DNA of 64,000 nucleotides from Ylistrum balloti (Eukaryota): the NCBI RefSeq assembly GCF_031769215.1, contig NW_026781965.1, positions 2,294,001 to 2,358,000 on the forward strand, read 5' to 3'. This document shows positions 1 to 14,600 of this stretch, in pieces. The position numbers and the translations under genes were made by a program. A model generated the notes under the pieces. That model did no database searches. It saw only the letters and a list, made by a program, of their open reading frames with translations, and was not told the origin of the DNA. The first letter of the stretch is position 1. Every line of letters starts with the position of its first letter.

Positions 1-1343
1 AGGGGAAAATGTACTAGCAATTTATACTACGACAGATGATCATAATGTCATAGAAATTTTAACAAAAAAATCGAAGGTTGAAGATGATTTTCTCTTTAAA
101 TATATAAAGAGGTATTTTATGTTTGTACAATGTTCGGAAGTTGCCTTGTTTTTCCAATTTCCACTGCTGAAATTTGATATGTGTCACCCGACAACTTTTC
201 CATATATCTTTGGCTTCCTTTTTCTAATTGTTTATGTCTTTGCGTACATGTAATTATATTTGCCTACTTTGTACGTTTGTATGAAACAACCTACCGTTAT
301 GTTCTGCATCTCAAACACATGCATCATCATGTGTAGTGGGTACAAAGTTGCTGCCTTCTATGGTAACCAAATTAACACTATGTACACCATAAACACAGGA
401 AGACGACACCAAAATGCCTCCATATCAATCCAACTAATCTAAAAATCGACACAAAAAAGCAAGGTATTAAGAGAAGAAAGATGTATTCAGAAACTTGTAT
501 ACACAGAGACTAAGACCAGACATTTTGGAAAGTAAAGCGTTTTTTACTTCTCAAACGACACCCTCCATAATGCATGTGTTCGCGAAACCTTCGTGTTTTG
601 AACACATCTGTTTATACAGCACACGTTTTAATTTTATTGCTCGTGACTGTACAACTTACATATGCTCCTGTATTGCCATTTCTACATATAGTCTACCAAC
701 CGTTATAACTGTACATTAGTCCAAATTCCAAATGTAGAATCAGCTACTAGCAAAATGTCGTCCCTTTCGGATAGGATCGACGTCCATTTATAATTTCCGT
801 GGTTATTCTGTTCTGAAAATCGCAGTCCTCTCCAAAACGCGAAAACGTAAGCAATTCCCGAAGAACGACTAGACACAAAGTTTCGTGAACTCTTACTGAG
901 AGCAACATCACTTTCCAATGAAATAGGCGCAATTTTGTGTTAAACGTACAAAAAGGTACATTGTAAAATAATGTAATCATTTTAAAAAATGCGAGAGTTT
1001 ACACTTTTATATCAGTATTCAAGTTAATATTTATGTCTATACTTTTTCAGTCAGTTCCTATTAAAAGATGACACGAGAAGCTATAATGTTACGGTTATTC
1101 CTGGTTTGAACGGGTGCTATTCTATTTATCTTGATTACGACAGCACGTTTATTTCTGTTATGAACACTTGTAGTGACTATAAAGACGATGCATTCTATTA
1201 GCCGTATATTTGTATGTTGGTTAGATAAGATGTACGATGTTTTTTCCTGTCTTAATTTCTTAAAATTTTAATTATCAGATGCAGTTCACACCTAAAGGAG
1301 TTAGAAAAGTATATCTTTCTTGTTGACGTCATTACTATCATTA

Positions 1344-1485
1344 GCCCTCCACCTCTGGGTCGCGGGTTCGAGTCCTACTTGGGGCAGTCGGTGCTTTTTT
1401 TTTCTCCGGGAACTTCACCACTATCTGGCACATCCTTAAATGACCCTGATTATCAATAAGACTTATAGCACCAATAAACCAAACT
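1344..1485 (+). mobile_element. tRNA-derived SINE, partial
   Basis: B-box GGTTCGAGTCC at 1365-1375, core ttttctccggg, and tail ctggcacatccttaaatgaccc...aaaccaaac, resembling bivalve SINEs from memory. Confidence 0.7.
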
Positions 1486-2522
1486 AAATTTCTCACGTAA
1501 TAACTCGTACGTCTATTGGGACTCAGGAACTGTATAATCGTAGGAGACTATACAATTTGGGGAATATGATATCTTTACCTCTTTCAAAACAACTTCTTTC
1601 AACGCTGTGAATTCTATCGCAAGTAGAGACATACTAAAGATCATTTCATCTTATAACTTCATTCTTTCATTTTATCCCACAAAATAATATTAAATAGACA
1701 AGGAAATAACTGACCTTTTTCCAATGTCATTGTGATAAACGGTAGTATTTCCAGGCTTATGTGTAATACTTATTGAATTTTAGTATAATGACACAAAAAT
1801 GGCCTAGATTGACCCCATCGTCCGTGGATATCGTCGTCTTTAAACTCCAATTAAATACCTTCGTGTTTTGTAGCTTAGGCAGAAAAATCGTTATGGGTCC
1901 ACATTCATCCTGTCAACACGTCAGAATTTATGATAATTTGTTATTTATTAGTGTTTTTAGTCTCGGGTGTTGTCTTTTGTTGGCTTTAAGCTTGTATTTA
2001 TTGCTCGTTATTGACAGGGATATATAATAATGTACTGCACATCCTGTTATTAATTGACTAGGTATTACATTTACAAATCATAAACATTATTAGACTGTTG
2101 GCACGAATAACCTGCTGTGCTTGGCTAGGATGTAGAAAATTTAAATACATGTGCTCTAAAACCATGGTGTTGGTATACCTTTATACCCAGTGTACGACCT
2201 TACACATTGGTTTGGAATCAATATGTGTCTATACTGTTAAAGCCGACATCGAACACAAATACCACGTGACGAACATGTGAATTGATGGCATCAGTAATGT
2301 CATGGGTATACGTTCTGTACTTTAATTCTGACCAAATATCTCAACACAATGCACTTATCTACATAAATCTACATGTGTATCTATCGTTATTTTTTTATAC
2401 GATGATAGTTCATTGATTATCATTAGTCTATTACTTTCCTTTTCAAAATGAATTATGCATCGACGTCACGATCAATGTTGTGACAATAGTCTAAAACAAG
2501 AATGATTCTACAGCGTCCTGTT

Positions 2523-2553
2523 TATATAAAGCGACACCATCGTCTGATTGGCT
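2523..2553 (+). promoter_or_regulatory. Candidate core promoter: TATATAAA (2523-2530) and inverted CCAAT/NF-Y box CTGATTGGCT (2544-2553)
   Basis: Motifs sit in a locally GC-rich patch about 80-100 nt upstream of ATG 2632, which is the first ATG after the TATA box and has a strong context (cacggtATGG). Confidence 0.45.
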
Positions 2554-2631
2554 GGCCCGGGGCGCAGGTGCGTGTCGATACCGACCAGGTATATCTCGAC
2601 GTAAGTGTTGACCCACACACGATACCACGGT

Positions 2632-2667
2632 ATGGAGTTTACTAACCATCACTATCTCCTCCTTTTG
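2632..2667 (+). CDS. PKD1L: Exon 1 (signal peptide part 1, MEFTNHHYLLLL)
   Basis: ATG in good context; donor TTG|GTGAGT; phase 0; joins exon 2 to form a signal peptide. Confidence 0.7.
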
Positions 2668-5600
2668 GTGAGTATATGATCTTCTATTTGGTACCCTCTT
2701 TATTGCAGTGTGGTAGAACTCATAATTACCATACTCTGCAATACTTGAGATTAAAAATTAACTAAATTGATCTCAGAGGAACAACTGATTGTATGTTTGT
2801 CGCATGGTCTAGCTAAATCACTATTCCATCAATTATTGTCTTTTTCTCCTTCCTTACCGTTTTAATTCTACTTTGGTTTTCAAATCATAATGTAACAATA
2901 CGAAAGGCAATGAAAAGTGACTGCGATGCCAACACTATACTTCAGTATTATAAATGGGAGCTTTGGGATGACGAGGAAATTTATATTTTTTTAATCAAAT
3001 TTAATGACTAAAAACACTTTAATCAATACATTTAACTAAGAAACGATGTTTGCTTATTAATGTTCTTGTTTCAGTTAGATTTTAATGATATGGTCAAACC
3101 ATGATGTATTTATTATCAAATAACTTACATGTTTTAAGTGTTGTTTATCGGGCGTAAACAAAAGAAAAGAACATTAAACAATCGAACAGTTGCTGACAAT
3201 AAATAGTGATATCTAATCCAACTTTTCAAAAACAATAAATCATATCTGGGTCCGAGGAATCTTTTCCTTTCTCAGTATTTTTCTCCTTCGGATATTCACA
3301 TAAGTAATACACTTACTGACGATTACTGAAGGTATGTTTCACTCGTTTTTGTAAATGTATTTATGCAGTCTCTCTGGAATGTGACATTTATACTGGTATT
3401 CCTATTCTTTCCGAACATTAACCTTTATTTTTGTTCTCCTTGGCAATTTAGTTCTCTCCGTTAAAAATTCCCCGGGGTTTGTTCAGTTTTGCCCTGGTGT
3501 TGTTCACAGTTTGCCCTGGCGTTCTTCACAATTTGCCCTTGTTTTATCATACTTTGTTCCTTTTTCATATTTTCTCTGGATTACGCCCTTGTTTTTGTTC
3601 TCAATTTTGCCATGCGGTTCTTAATATTTTTTGTCCTGTTTTATTCATGATTTGCTCATATTTTGCACTGGTTCTTTCATATATTGACTTGGTTTGATCT
3701 TATTTGTATCGTTTTGTTCTCATCTTTGCTGAAACACCAGTTAATAGTCTCGTCACTTGCTTGTTGTCGACGATGAACAAGTAGACGTTTTTTCTTTTGG
3801 AAGATATAGTCATATTATGTCCTTCCATGGTTAAAGATGAAAAAAACATAGGTATATTTTTTTTAATTGTTTGGTTGTCGACATTATTTTGCTGTTAATG
3901 ACTTACATCTAACCAGAAAATCAGCTTTTGTACGTGTACAGATATCGTTGACAGATAATAGCGCTGTATTTAGTTTTGATCGTGTATCGTTGATTGATAT
4001 TACAGCGCTGTATTAATTTTGGTACGTGTATCATTGATAGATAATAGCGCTGTATTTAGTTTTGGTACGTGTATCGTTGATTGATATTACAGCACTGTAT
4101 TTAGTTTTGGTCGTGTATCGTTGACAGATAATAGCGCTGTATTTATTTTGGAACGTGTATCGTTGATAGATATTACAGCGCTGTATTTAGTTTTGGTACG
4201 TGTATCGTTGATTGATATTACAGCGCTGTATTTAGTTTTGATCGTGTATCGTTGATTGATATTACAGCGCTGTATTTATTTTTGGTACGTGTATCGTTGA
4301 CAGATAATAGCGCTGTATTTAGTTTTGGTAAGTGTATCGTTGACAGATAATAGCGCTGTATTTAGTTTTGATCGTGTATCGTTGATTGATATTACAGCGC
4401 TGTATTTAGTTTTGGTACGTGTATTATTGACAGATAATAGCGCTGTATTTAGTTTTGGAACGTGTATCGTTGATTGATATTGAAGCGCTGTATTTAGTTT
4501 TGGAACGTGTATCGTTGATTGATATTACAGCGCTGTATTTATTTTTGGTACGTGTATCGTTGACAGATAATAGCGCTGTATTTAGTTTTGATCGTGTATC
4601 GTTGATTGATATTACAGCGCTGTATTTAGTTTTGGTACGTGTATTATTGACAGATAATAGCGCTGTATTTAGTTTTTGTCGTGTATCGTTGATTGATATT
4701 ACAGCGCTGTATTTAGTTTTGGAACTGTATCGTTGATTGATATTACAGCGCTGTATTTAGTTTTGATCGTTTATCGTTGATTGATATTACAGCGCTGTAT
4801 TTATTTTTGGTACGTGTATCGTTGACAGATAATAGCGCTGTATTTAGTTTTGGAACGTGTATCGTTGATTGGTATTACAGCGCTGTATTTAGTTTTGGTA
4901 CGTGTATTATTGACAGATAATAGCGCTGTATTTAGTTTTTGTCGTGTATCGTTGATTGATATTACAGCGCTGTATTTAGTTTTGATCGTGTATCGTTGAT
5001 TGATATTACAGCGCTGTATTTATTATTGATCGTGTATCGTTGATTGATATTACAGCGCTATATTTATTATTGATCGTTTATCGTTGATTGATATTACAGC
5101 ACTGTATTTAGTTTTGGTACGTGTATCGTTGATTGATATTGAAGCGCTGTATTAAGTTTTTGTCGTGTATCGTTGATTGATATTACAGCGCTGTATTAAG
5201 TTTTTGTCGTGTATCGTTGATTGATATTACAGCGCTGTATTTAGTTTTGGTACGTGTATTATTGACAGATAATAGCGCTGTATTTAGTTTTGATCGTGCA
5301 TCGTTGATTGATATTACAGTGCCGTATTTATTTTTGGTATTTTTTATCGTTGAAAGATGATACAAATTTGCGCTGTTTTTAGTGTTTGTACGTGTACCGC
5401 ATGTATATAACAGTGCTGTATATTGCTATTTAGTTTTTGTATCATTTAATATACCAACGCTGTATTTAGTTTTTGTACGTGTATCATTTAATATACAACG
5501 CTGTATATAGTTTTTGTACTTGTATCATTTAATATGCAACGCTGTATATAGTTTTTGTACGTGTATCATTTAATATACAACGCTGTATATAGTTTTTGTA

Positions 5601-8600
5601 AGTGTATCATTTAATATACAACGCTGTATATAGTTTTTGTACGTGTATCATTTATAAACAACGCTCTATGTAGTTTTTGTACGTGTATCATTTAATAAAC
5701 AACGCTCTATGTAGTTTTTGTACGTGTATCATTTAATATACAACGCTGTATTTAGTTTTTGTACGTGTATCATTTAATATACAACGCTGTATATAGTTTT
5801 TGTACTTGTGTCATTTATAAACAACGCTGTATATAGTTTTTGTACTTGTATCATTTAATATACAACGCTGTATGTAGTTTTTGTACTTGTGTCATTTAAT
5901 ATACCAACGCTGTATATAGTTTTTGTACGTGTATCATTTAATATACAACGCTGTATATAGTTTTTGTACTTGTATCATTTAATATGCAACGCTGTATATA
6001 GCTTTTGTACTTGTATCCTTTAATATACAACGCTGTATTTAGTTTTTGTACGTGTATCATTTAATATACCAACGCTGTGTTTAATTATTACACGTGTATC
6101 GTTTAATATACCAACACTGTATACAGCGTTTGTAGGTGTATCATTGACAGTTTATGGAGTATTAACATCTATTGTAGACATTTGAGTGAGTTCAGGCTGT
6201 AGAAGTATTGTTTTATATTGTTTTCATTATCGATAAATTTTTTAAAATTATTACAGACTGTCAATTCGGTTACAAATTGAAATTATAAACTTAATGACGC
6301 CAATTGTATATCCTGGCCTGTAATTTTATTATTCTATTTACATAAATTTCATTATCAAAACTCGTCTTCTGCTAATTTTGCTTCTTATTTGCCAACAAAA
6401 TGAGGATAATAACCTGTTTCTTTAAGAAATTCAATACTTAAATCCCCTATTGGATCACTTTTGACATTTATCTTCAGTGAATGTAGACTGCCGTTTAGTA
6501 AAGTCAACGGCCATGTTGCGTACCATAATACATAAATAGAAACGACTTTCAAGGTTATTAAGTACATTGGTATCTGCTCTAAGCGTTAACAGCATTAGAA
6601 CACATAAAGATAAGTATCCTGTCAGTAAGACCTAAATTATTCACACGTTTAGGCGAGGGACAATAAATATTCAGTACACTTGCTATGTAAAGGTTACTAA
6701 CATAGGAAAAAACATCCGCACAGAGAAACCGAAAATAAGGTTTCAAGATATTGAACAAATACCGAAAGCGACAAACTGTGAAACAATAACCCAATGTAGT
6801 TTTGGTAGAGCGATATTTCATTATTTTAAACAAGATTATACAAAAAACACACAAGAGAACAACAAAATATTACTAATTTATTTCAAAGTAACAGCATACT
6901 AATAAATGCTGTTTAAAGTGGGAGTTTCTTATATCCCTTAAAATGACGTCCTAATACACTGGATATTTCTCTTATAAAATAGTTTGCTAGAGGGATGATA
7001 GTTTAAAAAAACACTTTAAATGCCTTAATTTTGATATTATGAAGTCATGAAACGAAAACAAAGCCTTTACTATAGACAAACTGTAGAGCGTTTTTATGTT
7101 CATTGATACATATTCTTGTCTCTTCATAACGTAGTAAGGTAATTAAATTCAAGTATATAACATCAATAACGGTTAAGAATAACTTGAATAGACAAACAAG
7201 ATGTGTATTCTTAATAGTGTTTAAACGACTACTGTTACTCGGGATACATAACCTCGAATTAATTTGATAACAACAAACATATCGACTTTCATATATGTAT
7301 ATTTTAGTGTTGAATGGCTCCATATCACAGGTTTCACAGTAATCAATTGGCACTTGTCCTACAACACATTGTCCTCCCTGACCTATAAATAAAAACACAT
7401 GAATAACTATGGAAATTCAACTGTTCTGATAGCTAATTCAGTAACATGGGTATGGGTGTGACGAGAATTGTCTGGCATGATTATATTGGGAATGATCAAT
7501 ACTATTTACATGAAAACACACCTTAAATGCCAATCATGTCCTATCAATTTCTATCACCCTGCAGTGCTGTTATAATGTGACGTGATACCTCGTATGCTTT
7601 CTGTAATATTAAGGTGGAGCTAAAAACAATTTCCGGTTTCCATTGGGGTTGTAACTAACATATAGCTTAGTTCTACTGTAAAGAATATTCCAACACAGAT
7701 TTTCTGTCCATCCTAATGTGTACTGTGTATGAGATGGTTTATAACCAATCAGAGATAATCTAAATATGAACTGGATACCGTTATAAAATTTTATCTTAAG
7801 TGACCATGCTAACCATTGTAAACATAAGTAATAGTAAAACTACTGTTGGTTATCTTTCCACACCTTCTAAGCCAAGTCCCTTCAGCTATGAAGAAAAATC
7901 CTTAACTTAGGGGTTTAATTATAAAAGTTTTTATCGCATTTGAAGAAATAGACCATAGAAAAAGACAATAACTTTCGATTCTATAATAAATAATATAATA
8001 ATTCTATGATAAAAACTTCCTCGTAAAAAATCTGCGTCATAGCCTTTGCACGTTTTTTTCTTTTCTTATAATTTTTCTTTGTTTTGTCTTTGATAAATAA
8101 TCACGATCTATTATTTATTTATTTTTATTTTTTTTTCACATTTATGTTATGAATCAAAATGAACCTTTTACATTTAACACTCACTTCCAGTATTGATATC
8201 AGCAATATTGTACGTTTCATCAGGTTGCCCATTGCAAGTATAATGAGTGAACCATTACTTGATCGTAACCTCTGATTACATGTCTAGCCTACAGCTGAGA
8301 TGTGAGCAATTATACGTTGTATCGATTTTCTGCTGCAAACTTCAGAGTTTCAGTGTTCATTATAACAAAGTTTATAGATTATTCAACCCGGAGCGAGAAT
8401 AAACAATTCTAGTTCAGTTTTAAGGCTTAATCAAACTCGTTAATCAAATGGAGAACACAAATGCTTTTTTTCTATCAAGAAGTCAAACTTTGTTACATCA
8501 GCGACTTTTTTTATCTAAAGAAAGTTAACATGTTTCCCGTTCATATTTTGCTAAGAAACGAAAAACGAAATCAAATGGTAAAGGCAGTGCCCAGATCAAT

Positions 8601-11600
8601 ATACATGTGTTAGTGTCTTGTTTTTGTTTGTTTATATGGATATGAGTGTGCGTTTGTGAATTTTGAACAATAATATTTCAAAACCCTTATGTCTGTGTTA
8701 ACAATGACAAAATAAGATATGCATATATATTTGTATTTCCATTGAACTTAATATACCTACCAAGATGAACAGGGGATATTTTTCAATGAACTTTTCAATT
8801 GTAAATATATAATCTGTCATCTTAAAAGCTGGAATAATCTGCCTTTGCTCCAAAAACTATTTGTAGTATGGCTAGATTTACAGTTGTATGTCAATTTCAA
8901 AGTTTAACAACTGCTCTCTCCATTTTGAAAGCGCGAAGGAGAAACCAAATGCATCACTTTCAAAGGAATTTCGTTACCGTCTGTAGCTCCATCGACCACG
9001 AGACTTTGTTTATTTTTATTTTATTTACTTTGTAAAACTGGCCGTATTTATTCATATACATTGCCTTTCATGACTTAGGTTGTGTTACAAATAAAAGTTT
9101 AAAAATATATAAGAAGTACGATGCATGTTTCGGCAAGTTCTGTGGTAGACTTGCATAAGTCCAATTTTTATAAAGAACTTATGAGAAAGGTTTCAAAATC
9201 TTACTAAATATACATGAAAAGATTAAATACGCTGATGTTTATGATTATTAACGTTTGAGGGACTTGAAACAAACTGTATATACTGCGAAGAAGTTCATAT
9301 GAAAGTCGTCTCCAGGATCATCTGAGGTTTATACCTTATAATCTAAACATTACATTTATCCATCCTTAAATTAACACTGCTGGGACCATAAGTCTATGTT
9401 AACATTGTTGGGACCATATGTCTATGTTAACACTGATGGCAACATATGTCTATGTTAACACTGATGGCACCATATGTCTATGTTAATACTGATGAGATCA
9501 TATGTCTATGTTAACATTGCTGGGACCACATGTCTATGTTAACACTGATGGCACCATATGTCTATGTTAACACTGATGGCACCATATGTCTATGCTAACA
9601 CTGATGATACCACATGTCGATGTTAACATTGTTAGGACCATATGTCTATGTTAACACTGGTGGCACCATATGTCTATGTTAACACTGATTATACCATATG
9701 TCGATGTTAACATTGTTGGGACTATATGTCTTTGTTAAAACTGATGGCACCATATGTCTATGTTAACACGCTTGAAACCATATGTCTAAGTTAACATGGT
9801 TGAAACCATATGTCTATGTCAACACGTTTGAAACCATATGTCTATGTTAAGATGGTTGAAACCATATGTCTATGTTAACATTGTTGGGACCATATGTCTA
9901 CGTTAACACTGATGGCACCATATGTCTATGTTAACTAGCTTGAAACCATACACTGATGGCACCATATGTCTATGTTAACACGCTTGAAACCATATGCATG
10001 CCATAATATAATAAACCAAAACACTGAAGTCAAACGAACTGTTTCATCCTTATAATAACACCAATAATTACTGTGATATCTGTAGTACAGATATCGTTTG
10101 CCGAAATCTGTATTTTGAACGAATATTGATCCTCGGGTGACTTCATGTAACGTCGTCATGTAATAATTCCCGACTGAGATTACTAGACTTCACCATCAAA
10201 TATCAATACAATTGTCAACATGTTTGATATACCGTGAAGCAGTGAGGCAGACTTAAATGTAGATGATAGTGCTACATGGCCGTGCCAAATCGATATAACT
10301 ATTGTCAACATACAGGTAACTGACATTAAGGTGGTACTATTAAATGGTCAGGGACAATTGTCCTTGTTTGGATTATATACCAGTAAATCCATAAAACACG
10401 TGAGATTATTACAATTGTTTACCTACCAATTTGTTATATATTCCCATGGAGGATATTCCTTAAATTTATCAATATTAGAACATTGAATATAGTCATTTTT
10501 TGTTTGCAAGGAAGAAAAACTTTTACATTTATCCAAAATTAGAAATTCCATCGGTCATAGGTATGACGCATCCTATACTTACGACAGGTTATATACTCAA
10601 TATTTTTAACAGATCACACACTCAATGTTCTTACAAAGCCAACGCTGAACCGTTACAAATAAATCACACTCGTATCTGTTCGAACAGATGATAACCACGC
10701 CTATTTAATAGTCACATCTTCATCAGTTCCAGTAGATCACTCAACATTTCTGATGCTATATCATAAACGCATCTGTTAGAATATATCAACACTAAAATTA
10801 GAAATACATCATTACACATTCAACGGTTCCAATAAATACTAGTCTAAACAGAAAATACCTTTAAACGTTCAACACGATTACTGACTCGTCAGTTTAAATC
10901 GATTGCAAAGTCGATCGTTGATATAAATCGCTCCATCAAAGGTTTGAATAGACACTCAATGACTCTGTTCTAATAGATCAGTACTTCAACTATGTAAATA
11001 TACTCCGACAACTGTTCAAATTTTTCTTACTTTGAGCTATTTCATATAAACAGCATACAGTTATACAAATCATACAATTAATATCAGAGCTTCTATAAAA
11101 GAGAAAGACAAATAATTTAGTAAGCAAGTAAAATGTAGTGGTCTTGTAGAGAGTGTAATTGGCTTTTTTGCCTTTGGTAAAAACAAATCAAGCAAATTTT
11201 TTGTTTAATGTAAGAGAATCCGGAATGAATATATCCAAAAGTGGTTAATAAGACAGGAGATAGATTACATTAGTGTTTCGTTGAATACTCGGTTCAAACA
11301 TTTCTGTCGGAACTTTAATACAACGATGACATTATAGGTAGTTTTGGTGGTAACTTTTCCTTCGTATTGTAGATCAATATTTTATCGGTTAACAATCAAA
11401 TATTATTTTTTAACTCTTTATTTATTGAGTTTCATCTTTTCTGTTAGTGATATGCTAGATTAGAAATAGTTTCACATCTTAATTTTCTGATATTTTTCTC
11501 TTGCGTCTTTGCAAATATTGGCAGAGGTGGACCGAACCAAATTATTATACGTAAATTTTTACCGTTTGAAGTGAAAAAAATATTGTACTATTATTGATCT

Positions 11601-14600
11601 ATCCATTACCCAGTGGGTGATTTGTTGAACCTTAATGTTGGGAAATAATATCTGTCCCCGTTTCATTTCTTCATCATCATCCCTGTTTGTGTTGAAATAA
11701 TAATGGGCAACTTTTAATTGCAATCCTTTATGCGAAATTGTATAGTGCCTGTAACAATTATACGAGTACCAACATCAATAATTAAGTGGCAATGGGATAT
11801 TTTATATATGCAAACTTAAGTTGTTGAAGCAAAACGTATAATAGTACGTTTATGTGCTGAATTAGAATGTGATTTCCTTATATGTTATAAAAGCGATTAA
11901 GAAATGCATTTTTTCCCATTCTTAGCATGTGTAAAGCCTTTTTTCTGTTTTATCAACATTTCCTTTTTTCTATGTTGTTGTCCAGCTCATGTTGACGACA
12001 TTTACAAAGGCTTGGGATATGTAGAATTTTTCACTGGACCCAGCCTTCCTGAGGGCAACTGTCGTGGTTTAATAGCATACTTAAGACATTAGCAAGAACT
12101 TACTTATAGTACCCTGTGCCGATTAGTTCTTTCTCATACATCATTTTCATTTAAACTATGTGTTCATCAAATTCTCTATTTGAAATTAATTTTAATGGGT
12201 ATATCTCCCAAAACCTTCGGACTGATGTCAGATTTCTAGGGAGACGACTTACCAAGTCTAAGATACGTTGTTCGGTACAATAATCGAATTGAGTCATGAC
12301 GTATTTTCGAAAGCTTCTTTTAAAATAGTTTAAGAAATATTTTGTTTGAAAAAATGTTCTAAAATTTAAATTAAATACATTTTCGAATAACCGATGATTC
12401 GGTGACGACAACATCTACTGCAAGTTGTCAATAAGATAACAAACAACGGAATGTTGGATTATTTTTCACTGTAACCTTGGCATAATATATTTTTTCGAAA
12501 ACTTGTATGTTTAAATGATCCATCTGTAAAAACTCCGAACGTTGTTGGTATGTAACTGTTACAATGAAGTCAATAAAGAGTAATCTATTAATTATTCATC
12601 AAAGGCTTAATGTATTGTAAAAAACACGAAATATGAACTGCTAACGATTATTAATTTATGGAGCACCTTAAAGCTCAAAACATGTCATTGGAGTGTATAT
12701 CTGTGGAAATCAGGAATCATATATCCTGCCACATATTTGTTCCAGAAACGCTACCACGTAATAATCATTTCCAGTCTGTTATATTTTACGCAGGCATGAC
12801 TCTACATACAATTCAATACAATGTAATTAGCAATTGGCAACCTACCTAATACTCATTAACGATCACTATACACATGGTATTGCTCATATATGACTTAGGT
12901 TTCTAAATTGATGGCAAACGTTTTCATTATGGTGCATTCGTCTATTGCCTTAATGAAGATAAACGTCGTTTTAGTCAATGTTTCTCATTCATGTCTATTT
13001 TTCATTCGTTGTAGATCTGCCTGATACACTGCACCGCTGCACTTAGTAAGTATAACCTGTTTTTAATTCCCATCACTTACACACTCGTCTACAATCAATA
13101 TATCGTTATTTATGATTAATTTAGACTTCTCTTTAAGTGAACGTAATCGTGAGATTTTACTCCTAAAGTTTATTTCACCCTTACACAGTGTAAAGTATAG
13201 TGGTGTTGAGCCATTAGATACCTTTATCATTGTCTACAACAAATATCATAATCTCTACTGTTTTTAAGCTTTAATAACCAAGAAAACCTAACTTACGTCT
13301 AGTTGAGATACTCGTTGATCTAGCTTCCGTAGACAATAGTGTTTTGTACTACTAGTTAATGATGGCGGATAAGGACCATGTTAACGTTGTATCCCACAAC
13401 TCTTCTGTAATTCTATGGGGAAGTTGTTGGTCTCATTACGTTGTATCCCACAACTATTTTGTAATTCTATGGGGAAGTTGTTGGTCTCATTACGTTGTAT
13501 CCCACAACTCTTCTGTAATTCTATGAGTAAGTTGTTGGTCTCATTACGTTGTATCCCACAACTCTTCTGTAATTCTATGGGGAAGTTGTTGGTCTCATTA
13601 CGTTGTATCCCACAACTCTTCTGTAATTCTATGGGGAAGTTGTTGGTCTCATTACGTTGTATCCCACAACTCTTCTGTAATTCTATGAGTAAGTTGTTGG
13701 TCTCATTACGTTGTATCCCACAACTCCCACAACTCTTCTGTAATTCTATGGGGAAGTTGTTGGTCTCATTACGTTGTATCCCACAACTCTTCTGTAATTC
13801 TATGGGGAAGTTGTTGGTCTCATTACGTTGTATCCCACAACTCTTCTGTAATTCTATGGGGAAGTTGTTGGTCTCATTACGTTGTATCCCACAACTCTTC
13901 TGTAATTCTATGGGGAAGTTGTTGGTCTCATTACGTTGTATCCCACAACTCTTCTGTAATTCTATGGGGAAGTTGTTGGTCTCATTACGTTGTATCCCAC
14001 AACTCTTCTGTAATTCTATGGGGAAGTTGTTGGTCTCACGTTGTATCCCACAACTCTTCTGTAATTCTATGGGGAAGTTGTTGTATCCCACAACTCTTCT
14101 GTAATTCTATGGGGAAGTTGTTGGTCTCATTACGTTGTATCCCACAACTCTTCTGTAATTCTATGGGGAAGTTGTTGGTCTCATTACGTTGTATCCCACA
14201 ACTCTTCTGTAATTCTATGAGTAAGTTGTTGGTCTCATTACGTTGTATCCCACAACTCTTCTGTAATTCTATGAGTAAGTTGTTGGTCTCATTACGTTGT
14301 ATCCCACAACTCTTCTGTAATTCTATGGGGAAGTTGTTGGTCTCATTACGTTGTATCCCACAACTCTTCTGTAATTCTATGGGGAAGTTGTTGGTCTCAT
14401 TACGTTGTATCCCACAACTCTTCTGTAATTCTATGAGTAAGTTGTTGGTCTCATTACGTTGTATCCCACAACTCTTCTGTAATTCTCTGGGGAAGTTGTT
14501 GGTCTCATTACGTTGTATCCCACAACTCTTCTGTAATTCTATGAGTAAGTTGTTGGTCTCATTACGTTGTATCCCACAACTCTTCTGTAATTCTATGAGT

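Noticed and set aside
1344-1400. tRNA gene suggested by GGTTCGAGTCC
   Set aside because: No cloverleaf or acceptor stem; it continues into a SINE body. Same for 19933-20000.
1-2400. Short ORFs upstream of the gene (260-2280)
   Set aside because: All under 90 aa, with no motifs or consistent exon chain; treated as intergenic sequence with repeat debris.
3241-3331. Possible signal-peptide exon (IFSFLSIFLLRIFT*VIHLLTITE, donor GAAG|GTATGT)
   Set aside because: In-frame TAA at 3301, no ATG, and all three frames after the ctcAG acceptor at 3275 contain stops. Exons 1 and 2 give a cleaner model. It could still be a poison exon.
6912-7020. tttaaagtg...cactttaaa inverted pair
   Set aside because: 9-bp AT-rich arms are expected by chance and there is no supporting internal structure.
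11580-12420. Minus-strand coding-like fragments (HKGLQLKVAHYYF..., FKRSFRKY)
   Set aside because: Broken by stops and not recognisable beyond a weak PLE-like hint; not supportable as a gene.
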